This document shows positions 52,975-62,566 of a stretch of DNA of 64,000 nucleotides, piece by piece; the stretch's first letter is position 1, and each line of letters starts with the position of its first letter. The DNA is from Acidovorax sp. (GTDB lineage: Bacteria; Pseudomonadota; Gammaproteobacteria; Burkholderiales; Burkholderiaceae_C): positions 223 to 64,222 of the forward strand of contig JAKFEA010000073.1 of NCBI GenBank assembly GCA_036675905.1, in the 5' to 3' direction. The position numbers were made by a program, and so were the translations under genes. The notes beneath the pieces were generated by a model. It was not told where the DNA came from, did no database searches, and saw only the letters and a program-made list of their open reading frames with translations.

Positions 52975-55422
52975 ATGCATTCGACCGAACCGGCGCTGGA
53001 CGACAGCGTCGTGCCCATGCTGGAGCGAGCCGCGTCGATCGGCGCGTGGAGGCTGGACCTCGCCGGCGGCGGCAAGCTGTCCTGGTCGGGCCAGCTCGCC
53101 GCCATACACGGCCAGCCGCCCGGCTATGTGCCCCCGCCCCAGGACGTGTGCCTGCATTACGCGCCGGCGTTCCAGCCCCGCATGGAGCAGCTCGTGCGCG
53201 CCTGCTCGGTCGAGGGAGCGCCGTTCGACGAGGAAGCGCAGATCGTCCTGCCGGACGGCCGCCGCGCCTGGGTGCGCTCGCTGGGCGAAGCGCTGCGCGA
53301 CGAGGAGGGCCGTGTCGTCGCCGTGCAGGGCGCGGTGCAGGAGATCGCGCCGCGGGGCTTGCGCCCCGGCACGCTGCTGCGCATGGGCGCAGCGCTGGCC
53401 AGCGGTGAGGCCTTCGTCACCGTCGACAGCAACGGCCAGTACAGCTACCTGAACGAACAGGCCGAGCGCCTGCTGGGCGCCGGCAGCCCGCAACTGCTGG
53501 GCCGCCGTTTCTGGAACTCGTTCCAGAAGACGGTGCGCCTGCGGCTGGAAGAGCAGTTCCGCAGCGCGTGCTCGCGAGCCGTCAAGCTGGAGTTCGAGGA
53601 GCTGGATGCGCGCCTGGCCAACTGGTTCGAGGTGCGCGGCTTTCCCTTCGGCGGCGGCATGGCGCTGCACCTGCGCGACGTCACCAGCCGCCGCCGGGCG
53701 CAGCAGCAGCTTCGGCTGCTGGAAGGCAGCATCGCGCGATTGAACGACATCGTGATCATCACCGAGGCCGGCCCCTTCAGCGAGCCCGGGCCGCGCATCG
53801 TGTTCGTCAACGATGCGTTCGAGCGGCGCACCGGCTACACCCGAGACGAGGTGATCGGCCGCTCACCGCGGCTCCTGCAGGGTCCCAATACGCAACGGTC
53901 CGCACTGGATCGCATCCGCGCCGCCATGGAGGAATGGCGGCCCGCGCGGGTGGACCTGGTCAACTACAAGAAGAACGGCGAACCTTTCTGGGTCGACCTG
54001 GACGTCTCGCCGGTGTGGGACAAGGAGCGCAAGCTCACGCACTGGGTGGCGGTGGGCCGCGACGTCACCGAGCGCAAGCTGGCCGAAGAAAAAATCCAGC
54101 ACCTGGCCTTCTACGACCCGCTGACCCGCCTGCCCAACCGGCAGCTGCTGATGGACCGGCTGCATGCCGCGCTGAACGATCCGGCGCGGCCGCGCGAAGG
54201 CGCGCTGATGTTCATCGACCTCGACAACTTCAAGGTGCTCAACGACACCCTGGGCCACCAGAAGGGCGACATGCTGCTGCAACTGGTGGCCGAGCGCCTG
54301 CGTTCCTGCGTGGCCAAGGGCGACACGGTGGCAAGGCTCGGCGGGGACGAGTTCGTGATCCTGCTGGAGAACCGCGGCGACAAGCCGCTGGAACCGGCCA
54401 AGGGAGCCCGCGCGGTGGCCGACCGCATCCTTGCGGCGCTGGGTGAGCCTTACGTCCTGCCGGGCTACCTGCACCACAGCACCTGCAGCATCGGCGTGAC
54501 GCTGTTCAGCCGCAGCGACCGCACCGTCAGCGAATTGCTCAAGCAGGCCGACCTGGCCATGTACCAGGCCAAGAGCTCGGGCCGCAACACCGTGTGCTTC
54601 TTCGATCCGGAGATGCAGGCGGTGGTCAGCGCCAACGCGGCGCTGGCAGCCGACATGCGCCAGGCCTGGCGCGAGAACCAGTTCCACGTCGAGTACCAGC
54701 CGCAGGTGGACGTGGGCGGCCGCATGATCGGCGTGGAGGCCCTGCTGCGCTGGCAGCACCCGCAGCGCGGAGCGGTGTCGCCGGACCAGTTCATCCCGGC
54801 GGCGGAGGAGACCTCGCTCATCATCCCGATCGGGCGCTGGGTGCTGGACGCGGCCTGCGCCCAGATCGCGGCCTGGGAACACCGGCCCGACCGCGCGCAC
54901 CTGAGCATCGCGGTGAACGTCAGCGTGCGCCAGTTCCGCCACCCGGAGTTCGTCGACGAGGTGATGCAGGCGATCGAGCAGTCCGGCATCGAGCCGCACA
55001 AGCTCAAGCTGGAGCTCACCGAGAGCCTGCTGGCCGACGGCATCGACGTGACCATCGCCAAGATGGGCAGCCTCAAGGACATGGGCGTGGCGCTGTCGCT
55101 GGACGATTTCGGGATCGGCTACTCCTCGCTGTCCTACCTCAAGCGGCTGCCGCTGGACCAGCTCAAGATCGACCGCGAATTCGTCAAGGACATCCTGACC
55201 GACGCCAACGACGCCGCCATCGCCCGCACCGTGATCGGGCTGGCGCACAGCCTGGACCTGGACGTGATCGCCGAAGGGGTGGAGACGCAGGAACAGCGCG
55301 ACTTCCTGGCCAGGCAGGGCTGCCTGTCCTACCAGGGCTACCTGTACTCGCCGCCGCTGCCGATCGCGGAACTGGAAGCGTTCATGGACAGGCTGGCTGC
55401 GACCGAGGCGGCAACTGCCTGA
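52975..55422 (+). CDS. Multi-PAS diguanylate cyclase/phosphodiesterase (GGDEF-EAL)
   Basis: Three PAS/PAC regions, YDPLTRLPNR, RLGGDEF, EALLRW and DDFGIGYSSL. Confidence 0.93.
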   Translation: MHSTEPALDDSVVPMLERAASIGAWRLDLAGGGKLSWSGQLAAIHGQPPGYVPPPQDVCLHYAPAFQPRMEQLVRACSVEGAPFDEEAQIVLPDGRRAWVRSLGEALRDEEGRVVAVQGAVQEIAPRGLRPGTLLRMGAALASGEAFVTVDSNGQYSYLNEQAERLLGAGSPQLLGRRFWNSFQKTVRLRLEEQFRSACSRAVKLEFEELDARLANWFEVRGFPFGGGMALHLRDVTSRRRAQQQLRLLEGSIARLNDIVIITEAGPFSEPGPRIVFVNDAFERRTGYTRDEVIGRSPRLLQGPNTQRSALDRIRAAMEEWRPARVDLVNYKKNGEPFWVDLDVSPVWDKERKLTHWVAVGRDVTERKLAEEKIQHLAFYDPLTRLPNRQLLMDRLHAALNDPARPREGALMFIDLDNFKVLNDTLGHQKGDMLLQLVAERLRSCVAKGDTVARLGGDEFVILLENRGDKPLEPAKGARAVADRILAALGEPYVLPGYLHHSTCSIGVTLFSRSDRTVSELLKQADLAMYQAKSSGRNTVCFFDPEMQAVVSANAALAADMRQAWRENQFHVEYQPQVDVGGRMIGVEALLRWQHPQRGAVSPDQFIPAAEETSLIIPIGRWVLDAACAQIAAWEHRPDRAHLSIAVNVSVRQFRHPEFVDEVMQAIEQSGIEPHKLKLELTESLLADGIDVTIAKMGSLKDMGVALSLDDFGIGYSSLSYLKRLPLDQLKIDREFVKDILTDANDAAIARTVIGLAHSLDLDVIAEGVETQEQRDFLARQGCLSYQGYLYSPPLPIAELEAFMDRLAATEAATA

Positions 55423-55430
55423 TTGATTCT

Positions 55431-55590
55431 TTTCCCTCCCCCGGAGGGGGAGGGAGCAGGGCAGCCTGATCAGTCGGGGACAGAGCGGTGCGCGCTTCGC
55501 GCTTGCTCCGGTCTGTCCCCAATGCAGTCTGATCGGTTGGGGACAGAGCGGCCGCGCTTCGCGCTTGCTCCGGTCTGTCCCCAATGCAGC
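55431..55590. repeat. Cluster of REP-like hairpins including a tandem 62-63 bp duplication
   Basis: TCCCTCCCCC-GGA-GGGGGAGGGA hairpin, then two near-identical units (55461-55523 and 55524-55585), each GGGGACAGA...TCTGTCCCC. Confidence 0.85.
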
Positions 55591-56333
55591 TACAAAGGCG
55601 CGATCTGCAGCGGCGTGGTCGCCACCATCCGCGGCACGCGCATGACGATCTGGTCCTGCGTGCGGAACAACTCCACGCCCTCGGCCAGCGCCAGGGCCTG
55701 GACGTCGGCCCACTCCAGCGCGCGGTAGTTGGGCTCGGACGCAATGGCGTCCGGCAGCAGCGCTTCGTCCTGCGGCCGTGGCGCGCAGCGCACGGTGAGC
55801 ACGGCGAAGCCGGGCGAGATTTCGGCGGACACCGACAGGGCGGCCGGGCCGCTGGCCGCATCGGCCAGCGACAGCAGCGAGGCGGCGACAAGGTGCCGCA
55901 AGGCCACGCGCGAAGCCTCGAACTCGGTGTCCGGCACCTCGTTGGCCAGGGTGCAGCCGCGGAAGTTGAAGCCGCTGCGCAGCAGCGCCACGCACTCGTC
56001 CACGCCCTCGCGCAGGCGCACGCTCTCGTCTTCCGAAGGCGCGATCCAGGCGGCCACCTTCAGGCAGGTCATGACCGCATCGCGCGCCAGCCGGTTGACC
56101 CGCGACACGCTGCTCTCGAGCTCGGCCGGCGCCGGGGTGCCCTTTTCCAGCCGCGCATTCAGAACCTCGGCCATCATCGCCACCGCCTGCAGGTTGACCA
56201 CCATGTCGTGCTTGAGCGCGGGCGCGAGCCGGCGCAAGACGCCATAGCGGGCTGCCTCGGCGCTGGTGCGAGGGCGACGGCTGGGTTGCACGGGGGCAGC
56301 CGGGGAAGCGGAAAGCTGGGTCGCGACGCTCAT
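55590..56333 (-). CDS. Hypothetical protein resembling a histidine phosphotransferase or degenerate histidine kinase
   Basis: H-box-like ALKHDMVVNLQAV; downstream region lacks recognisable N and G boxes. Confidence 0.6.
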   Translation of the reverse strand: MSVATQLSASPAAPVQPSRRPRTSAEAARYGVLRRLAPALKHDMVVNLQAVAMMAEVLNARLEKGTPAPAELESSVSRVNRLARDAVMTCLKVAAWIAPSEDESVRLREGVDECVALLRSGFNFRGCTLANEVPDTEFEASRVALRHLVAASLLSLADAASGPAALSVSAEISPGFAVLTVRCAPRPQDEALLPDAIASEPNYRALEWADVQALALAEGVELFRTQDQIVMRVPRMVATTPLQIAPL

Positions 56334-56514
56334 CGGAAGGGCGCTCGTGCAGCGCGCGGGGTCATCGGTACTGCGGTGTGATTCATCGGCACCGATTGTT
56401 GGCAGCGGAGCCGCTTTCTCCCGTCAGCATATGACCGTGGCCCCTGTAGGAGCGGACCTGCGTTGTGACTGGCTCGCGATCGGGGAGGTGGGCCCGCGGG
56501 CTATCCTTGGCGCC

Positions 56515-57087
56515 ATGAGCAAGGCGTTCACGCGCGAGAGCGAAACCGTCGACGGCGACGAGGACGACGCGCTGCCGCCGCTGCCACCGGGCGGGCGGAA
56601 CTACATCACGCCGCAAGGCTACGCGCGGCTGCGCGCGGAGTGGACCCACCTGATCGACGAAGAGCGGCCGCAGGTGGTCGAGGTGGTGCGCTGGGCCGCC
56701 GGCAACGGCGACCGCTCGGAGAACGGCGACTACCTCTATGGCAAGAAGCGACTGCGCGAGATCGACCGGCGCATCCGCTTCCTCACCCGCCGGCTGGAAA
56801 TCGCCGAAGTCACCGACCCGTCGCGGCACCATGGCGGCACCCAGGTCTTCTTCGGCGCCACCGTGACCTATGCGGAGCCCTCCGGGGCCGAGCGCACCGT
56901 GACTATCCTCGGCATCGACGAGGCCGACAGCGCCAAGGGGCAGGTGAGCTGGATCTCGCCGATCGCCCGCGCGCTGCTCAAGGCCAATGAGGGTGATGTC
57001 GTGAAGCTGGTGACGCCTGCGGGGCCGCAGGAGATCGAGGTGCTGGAAGTGCGCTATCCCGCGCCGCCGGAGGACTCAGGCGCCTGA
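56515..57087 (+). CDS. greB: Transcription elongation factor GreB
   Basis: MSKAFTRE, NYITPQG, NGDRSENGDY and ISPIARAL. Confidence 0.95.
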   Translation: MSKAFTRESETVDGDEDDALPPLPPGGRNYITPQGYARLRAEWTHLIDEERPQVVEVVRWAAGNGDRSENGDYLYGKKRLREIDRRIRFLTRRLEIAEVTDPSRHHGGTQVFFGATVTYAEPSGAERTVTILGIDEADSAKGQVSWISPIARALLKANEGDVVKLVTPAGPQEIEVLEVRYPAPPEDSGA

Positions 57088-59343
57088 CAGGCCGGCGCGC
57101 ATGCGCTGCGTGCGCATCACCGAAGCCGTGCGCTTGAGCGTGCGCATCACGGCATCGAGGTGGGCGAGGTCGCGCACCGCCACCAGGAAGCGCAGGTCGG
57201 TGGCGTCCTGGTCGCGCTGGTCGTCCATGTCCACGTGGGTGATGTCGGCTTCCACGCTGGCCAGCGCGGAAGCGACGCGGGCCAGCACGCCCTTGCTGTT
57301 GGCCACGGTCACCAGGATGGCGGTCTCGAACGCCCGCACCGGCTCCTCGGACCAGTCGACGCCGATGAAGCGCTCGGCGTCCTTGTGCTGCAGGCGGCGC
57401 GCCACCGCGCAGTCCTCCATGTGAACGACCAGTCCTTCGCCGCGCCCCAGGTAGCCGACGATGGCGTCACCGGGCACCGGCCGGCAGCAGGCGGCGAACT
57501 GCACCGAAGCGTTCTCGCTGCCATCGAGCACCACGCTGCCCTGCGAGACGTTCTCGTGGGCGGTGTAGCGCTCGCGCGTGATCAGCAGCGCATCGGGCTT
57601 CTCGCCCAGTTCGGCCATCAGGGTCATCAGCCGCTTGGCCACGATGCCGGCGATGCGCTTGCCCAGGCCCAGGTCGGTCAGCAATTCGGCGCGGCTCTTG
57701 CTGCCGGTGAAGCGCAGCAGCTTGTCCCAGATGGGGCGGTGCTCCTCGTCATCGGCCGGCAGGCGCTCCATGCCCTCGGCGCGCAGCGCCTGGGTCAGCA
57801 GCTTCTCGCCCAGCTCCTGCGATTCGACCTGGGCCAGCGACTTCAGGTGGTGGCGGATCTTGGAGCGGGCGCGGCCGGTGCGAACGAATCCCAGCCAGGC
57901 CGGGTTGGGGGTGGAGACGGGCGCCGTCACCACCTCGACCACGTCGCCGTTGTTCAACTCGGTGCGCAGCGGCACCTGCACGCCGTTGATCTTGGCGGCG
58001 ACCGTGTGGTCGCCCACGTCGCTGTGGATGGCGTAGGCGAAGTCCACCACCGTGGCGCCGCGCGGCATGGCCAGGATCTGGCTCTTGGGCGTGAACACGT
58101 AGACCGCGTCCGGAAACAGGTCGATCTTGACGTGGTCCCAGAACTCGGCGGCGTCACGGGTTTCGTACTGGATGTCCAGCAGCGATTGCAGCCACTTGGT
58201 GCCCAGCCGGTCGGAGGCGTCGCCGTCCGGGTGGCTGGCCTTGTACAGCCAGTGGGCGGCGACGCCCGATTCGGCCACCACGTGCATGGCCTCGGTGCGC
58301 ATCTGGAACTCCACGTTGACGCCGGAGGGGCCCACCAGCGTGGTGTGCAGGGACTGGTAGCCGTTGACCTTGGGAATCGCGATGTGGTCCTTGAAGCGAC
58401 CCGGCACCGGCTTGTACATCTGGTGCAGGATGCCCAGCGCCGTGTAGCAGTCGGTGACCGTCGTCACCACGACCCGGAAGCCGTAGATGTCGGTGACCTG
58501 CGCGAACGACAGGTGCTTCTCGTCCATCTTGCGGTAGATCGAGTAGATGGTCTTCTCGCGCCCGGCGATGCGCACCTGCATGCCGGCCTGCTCGAACGCC
58601 GCCTCGACCTCGCGCTGGACCTTCTGGATCAGGTCGCGCCGGCGGCTGCGCGCCTTGGCCACGGCCTTGTCCAGCACGCCATGGCGCCACGGCATCAGGT
58701 AGCGGAAGGCCAGCTCCTGCAGTTCGCGGTAGGTCAGGTTCAGGCCCAGCCGGTGCGCGATGGGCGCGTAGATGTCCAGCGTTTCGCGGGAGATGCGGCC
58801 CCACTTCTCGCGCGGCACGTCGTCGAGCGTGCGCATGTTGTGGGTGCGGTCGGCCAGCTTGATCAGGATGACGCGCACGTCGCGCGCCATCGCCAGCAGC
58901 ATCTTGCGGAACGACTCGGCCTGGCCTTCCTCGCGCGTGTTGAACTGCAGTTTGTCCAGCTTGGTCAGGCCGTCCACCAGCTCCGCGACCGCGACGCCGA
59001 AGCGTTCGACCAGTTGCAGCTTGGTGACGCCGCAATCCTCGATCGCGTCGTGCAGCAGCGCGGCCATCAGGGCCTGGGCGTCGAGCTTCCACTCGGCGCA
59101 CTTGGCCGCCACGGCGATCGGGTGGGTGATGTAGGGCTCGCCGCTGGCGCGGATCTGCCCCAGGTGGGCTTCGTCGGCAAAGCGATAGGCCTGGCGGACC
59201 TGCTCGATGTCGGCCGGCTCCAGGTAGTCGAGCCGTGCCGTGAGCGCCGCGAAGCTGGCGGCCGCTGCATTGACGGCTGCCGGGCTGGGCAGGGCCGCCC
59301 CGGCGCGCAGGCCCTTGCCGGCGGAAGGGAGCACGGCACTCAT
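57076..59343 (-). CDS. spoT: Bifunctional (p)ppGpp synthetase/hydrolase
   Basis: HD motif (LLHDAIED), KLADRTHN, NGYQSLHT, TGS and ACT domains; follows rpoZ. Confidence 0.95.
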   Translation of the reverse strand: MSAVLPSAGKGLRAGAALPSPAAVNAAAASFAALTARLDYLEPADIEQVRQAYRFADEAHLGQIRASGEPYITHPIAVAAKCAEWKLDAQALMAALLHDAIEDCGVTKLQLVERFGVAVAELVDGLTKLDKLQFNTREEGQAESFRKMLLAMARDVRVILIKLADRTHNMRTLDDVPREKWGRISRETLDIYAPIAHRLGLNLTYRELQELAFRYLMPWRHGVLDKAVAKARSRRRDLIQKVQREVEAAFEQAGMQVRIAGREKTIYSIYRKMDEKHLSFAQVTDIYGFRVVVTTVTDCYTALGILHQMYKPVPGRFKDHIAIPKVNGYQSLHTTLVGPSGVNVEFQMRTEAMHVVAESGVAAHWLYKASHPDGDASDRLGTKWLQSLLDIQYETRDAAEFWDHVKIDLFPDAVYVFTPKSQILAMPRGATVVDFAYAIHSDVGDHTVAAKINGVQVPLRTELNNGDVVEVVTAPVSTPNPAWLGFVRTGRARSKIRHHLKSLAQVESQELGEKLLTQALRAEGMERLPADDEEHRPIWDKLLRFTGSKSRAELLTDLGLGKRIAGIVAKRLMTLMAELGEKPDALLITRERYTAHENVSQGSVVLDGSENASVQFAACCRPVPGDAIVGYLGRGEGLVVHMEDCAVARRLQHKDAERFIGVDWSEEPVRAFETAILVTVANSKGVLARVASALASVEADITHVDMDDQRDQDATDLRFLVAVRDLAHLDAVMRTLKRTASVMRTQRMRAGLSGA

Positions 59344-59387
59344 GCCGTGGATGTTAGCGTGAGCGGGCGCTCGCTGCGCCCGGAATG

Positions 59388-59416
59388 AAAAAAGCACCGC
59401 AGGGGCGGTGCCTTTT
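59388..59416 (-). terminator. Terminator downstream of rpoZ
   Basis: Plus strand AAAAAA-GCACCGC-AGGG-GCGGTGC-CTTTT. Confidence 0.75.
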
Positions 59417-59432
59417 GCTGAGATCCCTTGTG

Positions 59433-59487
59433 GCGAAGCCTAGGAGTGATGCGAGATCCCCGCCTTCGCGGGGATGCCTGGCTTCGC
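59433..59487. repeat. Nested REP-like palindrome
   Basis: Outer GCGAAGCC/GGCTTCGC enclosing ATCCCCGC-CTTC-GCGGGGAT. Confidence 0.6.
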
Positions 59488-59492
59488 TGCGC

Positions 59493-59696
59493 TCAGCCAG
59501 GCACCTTCTTCAGCATTTCGAGGCCGATCTTGCCGTCGGCGATTTCGCGCAGCGCGGTGACGCCGGGCTTGTTCTTGCTCTCGATCTTGGGGGCGTGGCC
59601 CTGGCTCAGCATGCGGGCCCGGTAGGTGGCCGCCAGCACGAGCTGGAAGCGGTTGGGGATCTTCTCGAGGCAGTCTTCGACGGTGATTCGGGCCAT
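59493..59696 (-). CDS. rpoZ: RNA polymerase omega subunit
   Basis: [28 protein letters not shown]. Confidence 0.97.
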   Translation of the reverse strand: MARITVEDCLEKIPNRFQLVLAATYRARMLSQGHAPKIESKNKPGVTALREIADGKIGLEMLKKVPG

Positions 59697-59710
59697 GGTC
59701 TCTCGCGGTG

Positions 59711-60331
59711 TCAGGGGATGTTGAGGGCCTTGAAGGTCTCGGCCCGGGCCCGGCGCTGGGCGGAATACTTCAGCCGCTGGGCGTGAACGATGGCTTTGAG
59801 GTCGAACAGCGCTCGTTCGAAAAGCTCGTTGATTATAACGAAGTCGAACTGCGGCGCCCGGGTCATCTCCTCGGCCGCATTGCGCAGCCGCAGCTCGATC
59901 ACCTCGGCCGAGTCCTCGCCGCGCCGCTCCAGCCGCGAGCGCAGTTCCTCCCAGCTCGGGGGCAGCACGAACACCAGCACCGCATTGGCGAACATGCGCT
60001 TGATCTGCAGCGCGCCCTGGAAGTCGATCTCCAGGATCACGTCGGCGCCCTGGGCGATGCGCTCCTCGATCGCCTTCTTGGACGTTCCGTACCGGCGGCC
60101 GTGGACGAATGCCCATTCCACGAAGGTGTCGGCCAGCACCATGGCATCGAACTCCTGCTCGGAGACGAAGTAGTACTCGCGGCCATGCTTTTCCTGGCCG
60201 CGGGGCGCGCGCGTGGTGTGCGACACCGAGGGCTGGACCTGCGAGTCCAGCTCCATCAGGGCCTTGACCAGGCTGGACTTGCCGGCCCCGCTGGGGGCGG
60301 CCACGACGAAGAGGTTGCCTGGGTAATCCAT
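59711..60331 (-). CDS. gmk: Guanylate kinase
   Basis: [21 protein letters not shown] and EIDFQGA. Confidence 0.97.
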   Translation of the reverse strand: MDYPGNLFVVAAPSGAGKSSLVKALMELDSQVQPSVSHTTRAPRGQEKHGREYYFVSEQEFDAMVLADTFVEWAFVHGRRYGTSKKAIEERIAQGADVILEIDFQGALQIKRMFANAVLVFVLPPSWEELRSRLERRGEDSAEVIELRLRNAAEEMTRAPQFDFVIINELFERALFDLKAIVHAQRLKYSAQRRARAETFKALNIP

Positions 60332-60426
60332 AGGCCGAAGTGCTCCAGCATTTTAGGGTGGGACGTGGCGGCTCATCATGCGACGAGGCGAGTCTGTATC
60401 GCACGCGTGAGCGGCGCGGAAGGCGG

Positions 60427-61350
60427 CTAACCCACGTAGCGGTTCTCGTTGTGCCAGCGCAGGTAGGCAGCGCCCGGGCGGTGAGCCGGGTCCTCCGGCA
60501 GACGGGGTAGCGGCTGGCCATGCAGGCGGTAGTAGGCCTTGCCGTTGAACCACTCCTCGCGGATGCGCGAGCTGACCTCGATGCGGTAGCTGGGGGTGAT
60601 GGTCACCAGGCCGATGTCGAACAGCTTGTGAAAGTCCGACCGCAGTAGCAGACCGTTGGCGGGGTCGTGCGGACCACTCTCCGCATAGGGTTGGATGTGC
60701 GCCGCCTCCAGCACGGGCAAGGTGGATTCGCCTGTCAGTGCGCAGCGCCGCTGGTAGGCATCGGTAACCAGGACCCTGAATGCGCCTTGCCCCAGCCTGG
60801 GCCGCACTGGTGTGGGCGCCCCATAGCGCTCCAGTCCTGCAGGCTCACGGATCTTGGACGGCTCGCTGGCCTGTGCTGTCATTCTCGACTGCGCCTCGGC
60901 CCAGACCTGCGCGCCCGAGGGCTCGGTAGTGTCGTAATAGCGCCCGCGGACGATGTTGGAAGAAAAGTCGATCGGGTCGGGTATCCATGCCTCGCGCGGC
61001 CAGAAGAACGGCTGGGCGAGCACCGTGCAGCCGATCTCTGGATCCCTTGCTGCGGGGTCGGCAAGCAGGCTGCGGATCATTTTCTCGAAGATGCCGCGTT
61101 GTGCCGCACCGTTCTTCTGTCCGAACGCTTCCCAAGCAACGGACAACGGCAGGGAAGTCGACTTCACGAAGTACCCGCCTCCCGCGACATGGTGGTAAGG
61201 CCGCTTGAGCTTGAACAGGAAAGGTGTGCCTGACTCCAGTCCGGTGTACGTGGCGGCACCTCGGGGTTGCCAGAAGTTCACTTCATCTGGGGCCGCCTGG
61301 CTCAGAAAGCTGAACCAGGCGTTGTCGGTTACGCCAACCCAGAACTTCAT
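60427..61350 (-). CDS. HNH endonuclease with an N-terminal accessory domain (putative restriction endonuclease)
   Basis: RLGQGAFR...CALTG...EAAHIQPY...[14 protein letters not shown] (HNH_2-type); ATG at 61350. Confidence 0.88.
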   Translation of the reverse strand: MKFWVGVTDNAWFSFLSQAAPDEVNFWQPRGAATYTGLESGTPFLFKLKRPYHHVAGGGYFVKSTSLPLSVAWEAFGQKNGAAQRGIFEKMIRSLLADPAARDPEIGCTVLAQPFFWPREAWIPDPIDFSSNIVRGRYYDTTEPSGAQVWAEAQSRMTAQASEPSKIREPAGLERYGAPTPVRPRLGQGAFRVLVTDAYQRRCALTGESTLPVLEAAHIQPYAESGPHDPANGLLLRSDFHKLFDIGLVTITPSYRIEVSSRIREEWFNGKAYYRLHGQPLPRLPEDPAHRPGAAYLRWHNENRYVG

Positions 61351-61468
61351 GAGCGAGTCGACCTCGGTCGCCGCGCGTTTGCCGTGAACGGCGCCGCCCG
61401 ATAAATGGAACAAACGCTCGGAAGCGCGCGATCACCGGGCATGCTGGCGCTGCAGGTCCAAGTGCCCC

Positions 61469-62566
61469 TCATTTGCATCCTTGTCCTTTTTGGTGGCTAC
61501 TTTGCATCAGGTCGGACGCCCCGAGTTCGTACCAGACGCCTCGACCCGCACCGTGCTGGTTCAAGTGTCCACGTTCCACCAAGGCGCGGAAATGCTGCTT
61601 GAGCGTGTTGCGGTTGCCGCTGGTCAGCCGGATCGCATCCCCCATCGTGATTCGCCCATGCTCTCGCGCGAACTCGACGACCCGCATCGAGAGTTCAGGC
61701 AGTGAAGCCAGCACGATCTTCTCGCGATCAACCTTGCGGTTGAGGCGACGCACCTGCTCCGACAGCGCGCGCACGAAGAAAACCAGCCACGGTTGCCAGT
61801 TCGGCATTGCCGTGCGGATGGTTGCCTGCGTTTGCCTCAGTGCAAGGTAGTAGGACTCTTTGCTCCGCTCGATCACGCTTTCGAGCGAGCTGTAGGGTAC
61901 GTATGCATAGCCGACCTGCAGCAGCAGCAAGGTGGTCAGCACGCGGCTCAGGCGGCCGTTGCCGTCTTGGAATGGATGGATCTCAAGAAAGACCACGACC
62001 CAGATGGCGATGAGTATCAACGGATGGAACCGTGCGGCGGCGCGCTCCTGGTTGAACCAGGTGACCAGTTCCGTCACCAATCGCGGGGTGTCGAAGGGCG
62101 TCGCGGTTTCGAACACCACACCGAGCTGCTTGCCGTCTTCGTCGAAGGCGACCACGCTGTTCGTGGATGTCTTGTAGTTCCCGCGATGCCAAGCGTCCTT
62201 CGTGCTGTAAGTCAGCAGGTCGCGATGCAGCTGCTTGATGTGGTTCTCGGTCAGCGCAATGTCCTGCCAGGACGAGAACACCAGTTCCATGACTTCCGCG
62301 TAGCCGGCCACCTCCTGCTCGTCACGCGTCGTGAAGGACTTGATCTGAAGATTGGAAAGCAGGCGCTCGACGTCCTGGTCGGAGAGCTTGCTGCCCTCGA
62401 TGCGAGTGGATGAACCAATGCTCTCGATGGTGGCGACCCGACGCAGGGCTGAGAGCCGGTCCGGCGCCAAGGTGCCAAGCGCGCGCCAAGCGCCTTTGAA
62501 CTCATCGATGCTGGCGATAAGTCTCAGCATCTCCGGGGTGATATGGACGGAGTCGATGGCGATCAT
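61469..62566 (-). CDS. Fic-domain protein with C-terminal winged HTH
   Basis: HPFQDGNGRLSR, N-terminal SSTRIEG inhibitory motif and C-terminal NRNTLKQHFRALV...GAGRGVWY. Confidence 0.92.
   Translation of the reverse strand: MIAIDSVHITPEMLRLIASIDEFKGAWRALGTLAPDRLSALRRVATIESIGSSTRIEGSKLSDQDVERLLSNLQIKSFTTRDEQEVAGYAEVMELVFSSWQDIALTENHIKQLHRDLLTYSTKDAWHRGNYKTSTNSVVAFDEDGKQLGVVFETATPFDTPRLVTELVTWFNQERAAARFHPLILIAIWVVVFLEIHPFQDGNGRLSRVLTTLLLLQVGYAYVPYSSLESVIERSKESYYLALRQTQATIRTAMPNWQPWLVFFVRALSEQVRRLNRKVDREKIVLASLPELSMRVVEFAREHGRITMGDAIRLTSGNRNTLKQHFRALVERGHLNQHGAGRGVWYELGASDLMQSSHQKGQGCK

Noticed and set aside
55461-55585. Possible mini-CRISPR array
   Set aside because: There are only two abutting units of about 62 bp, with no unique spacers and no cas genes.
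50058-56500. Prophage or integrative element at the tRNA genes
   Set aside because: No integrase is present, no duplicated tRNA 3' end was found by eye, and the composition looks host-like.
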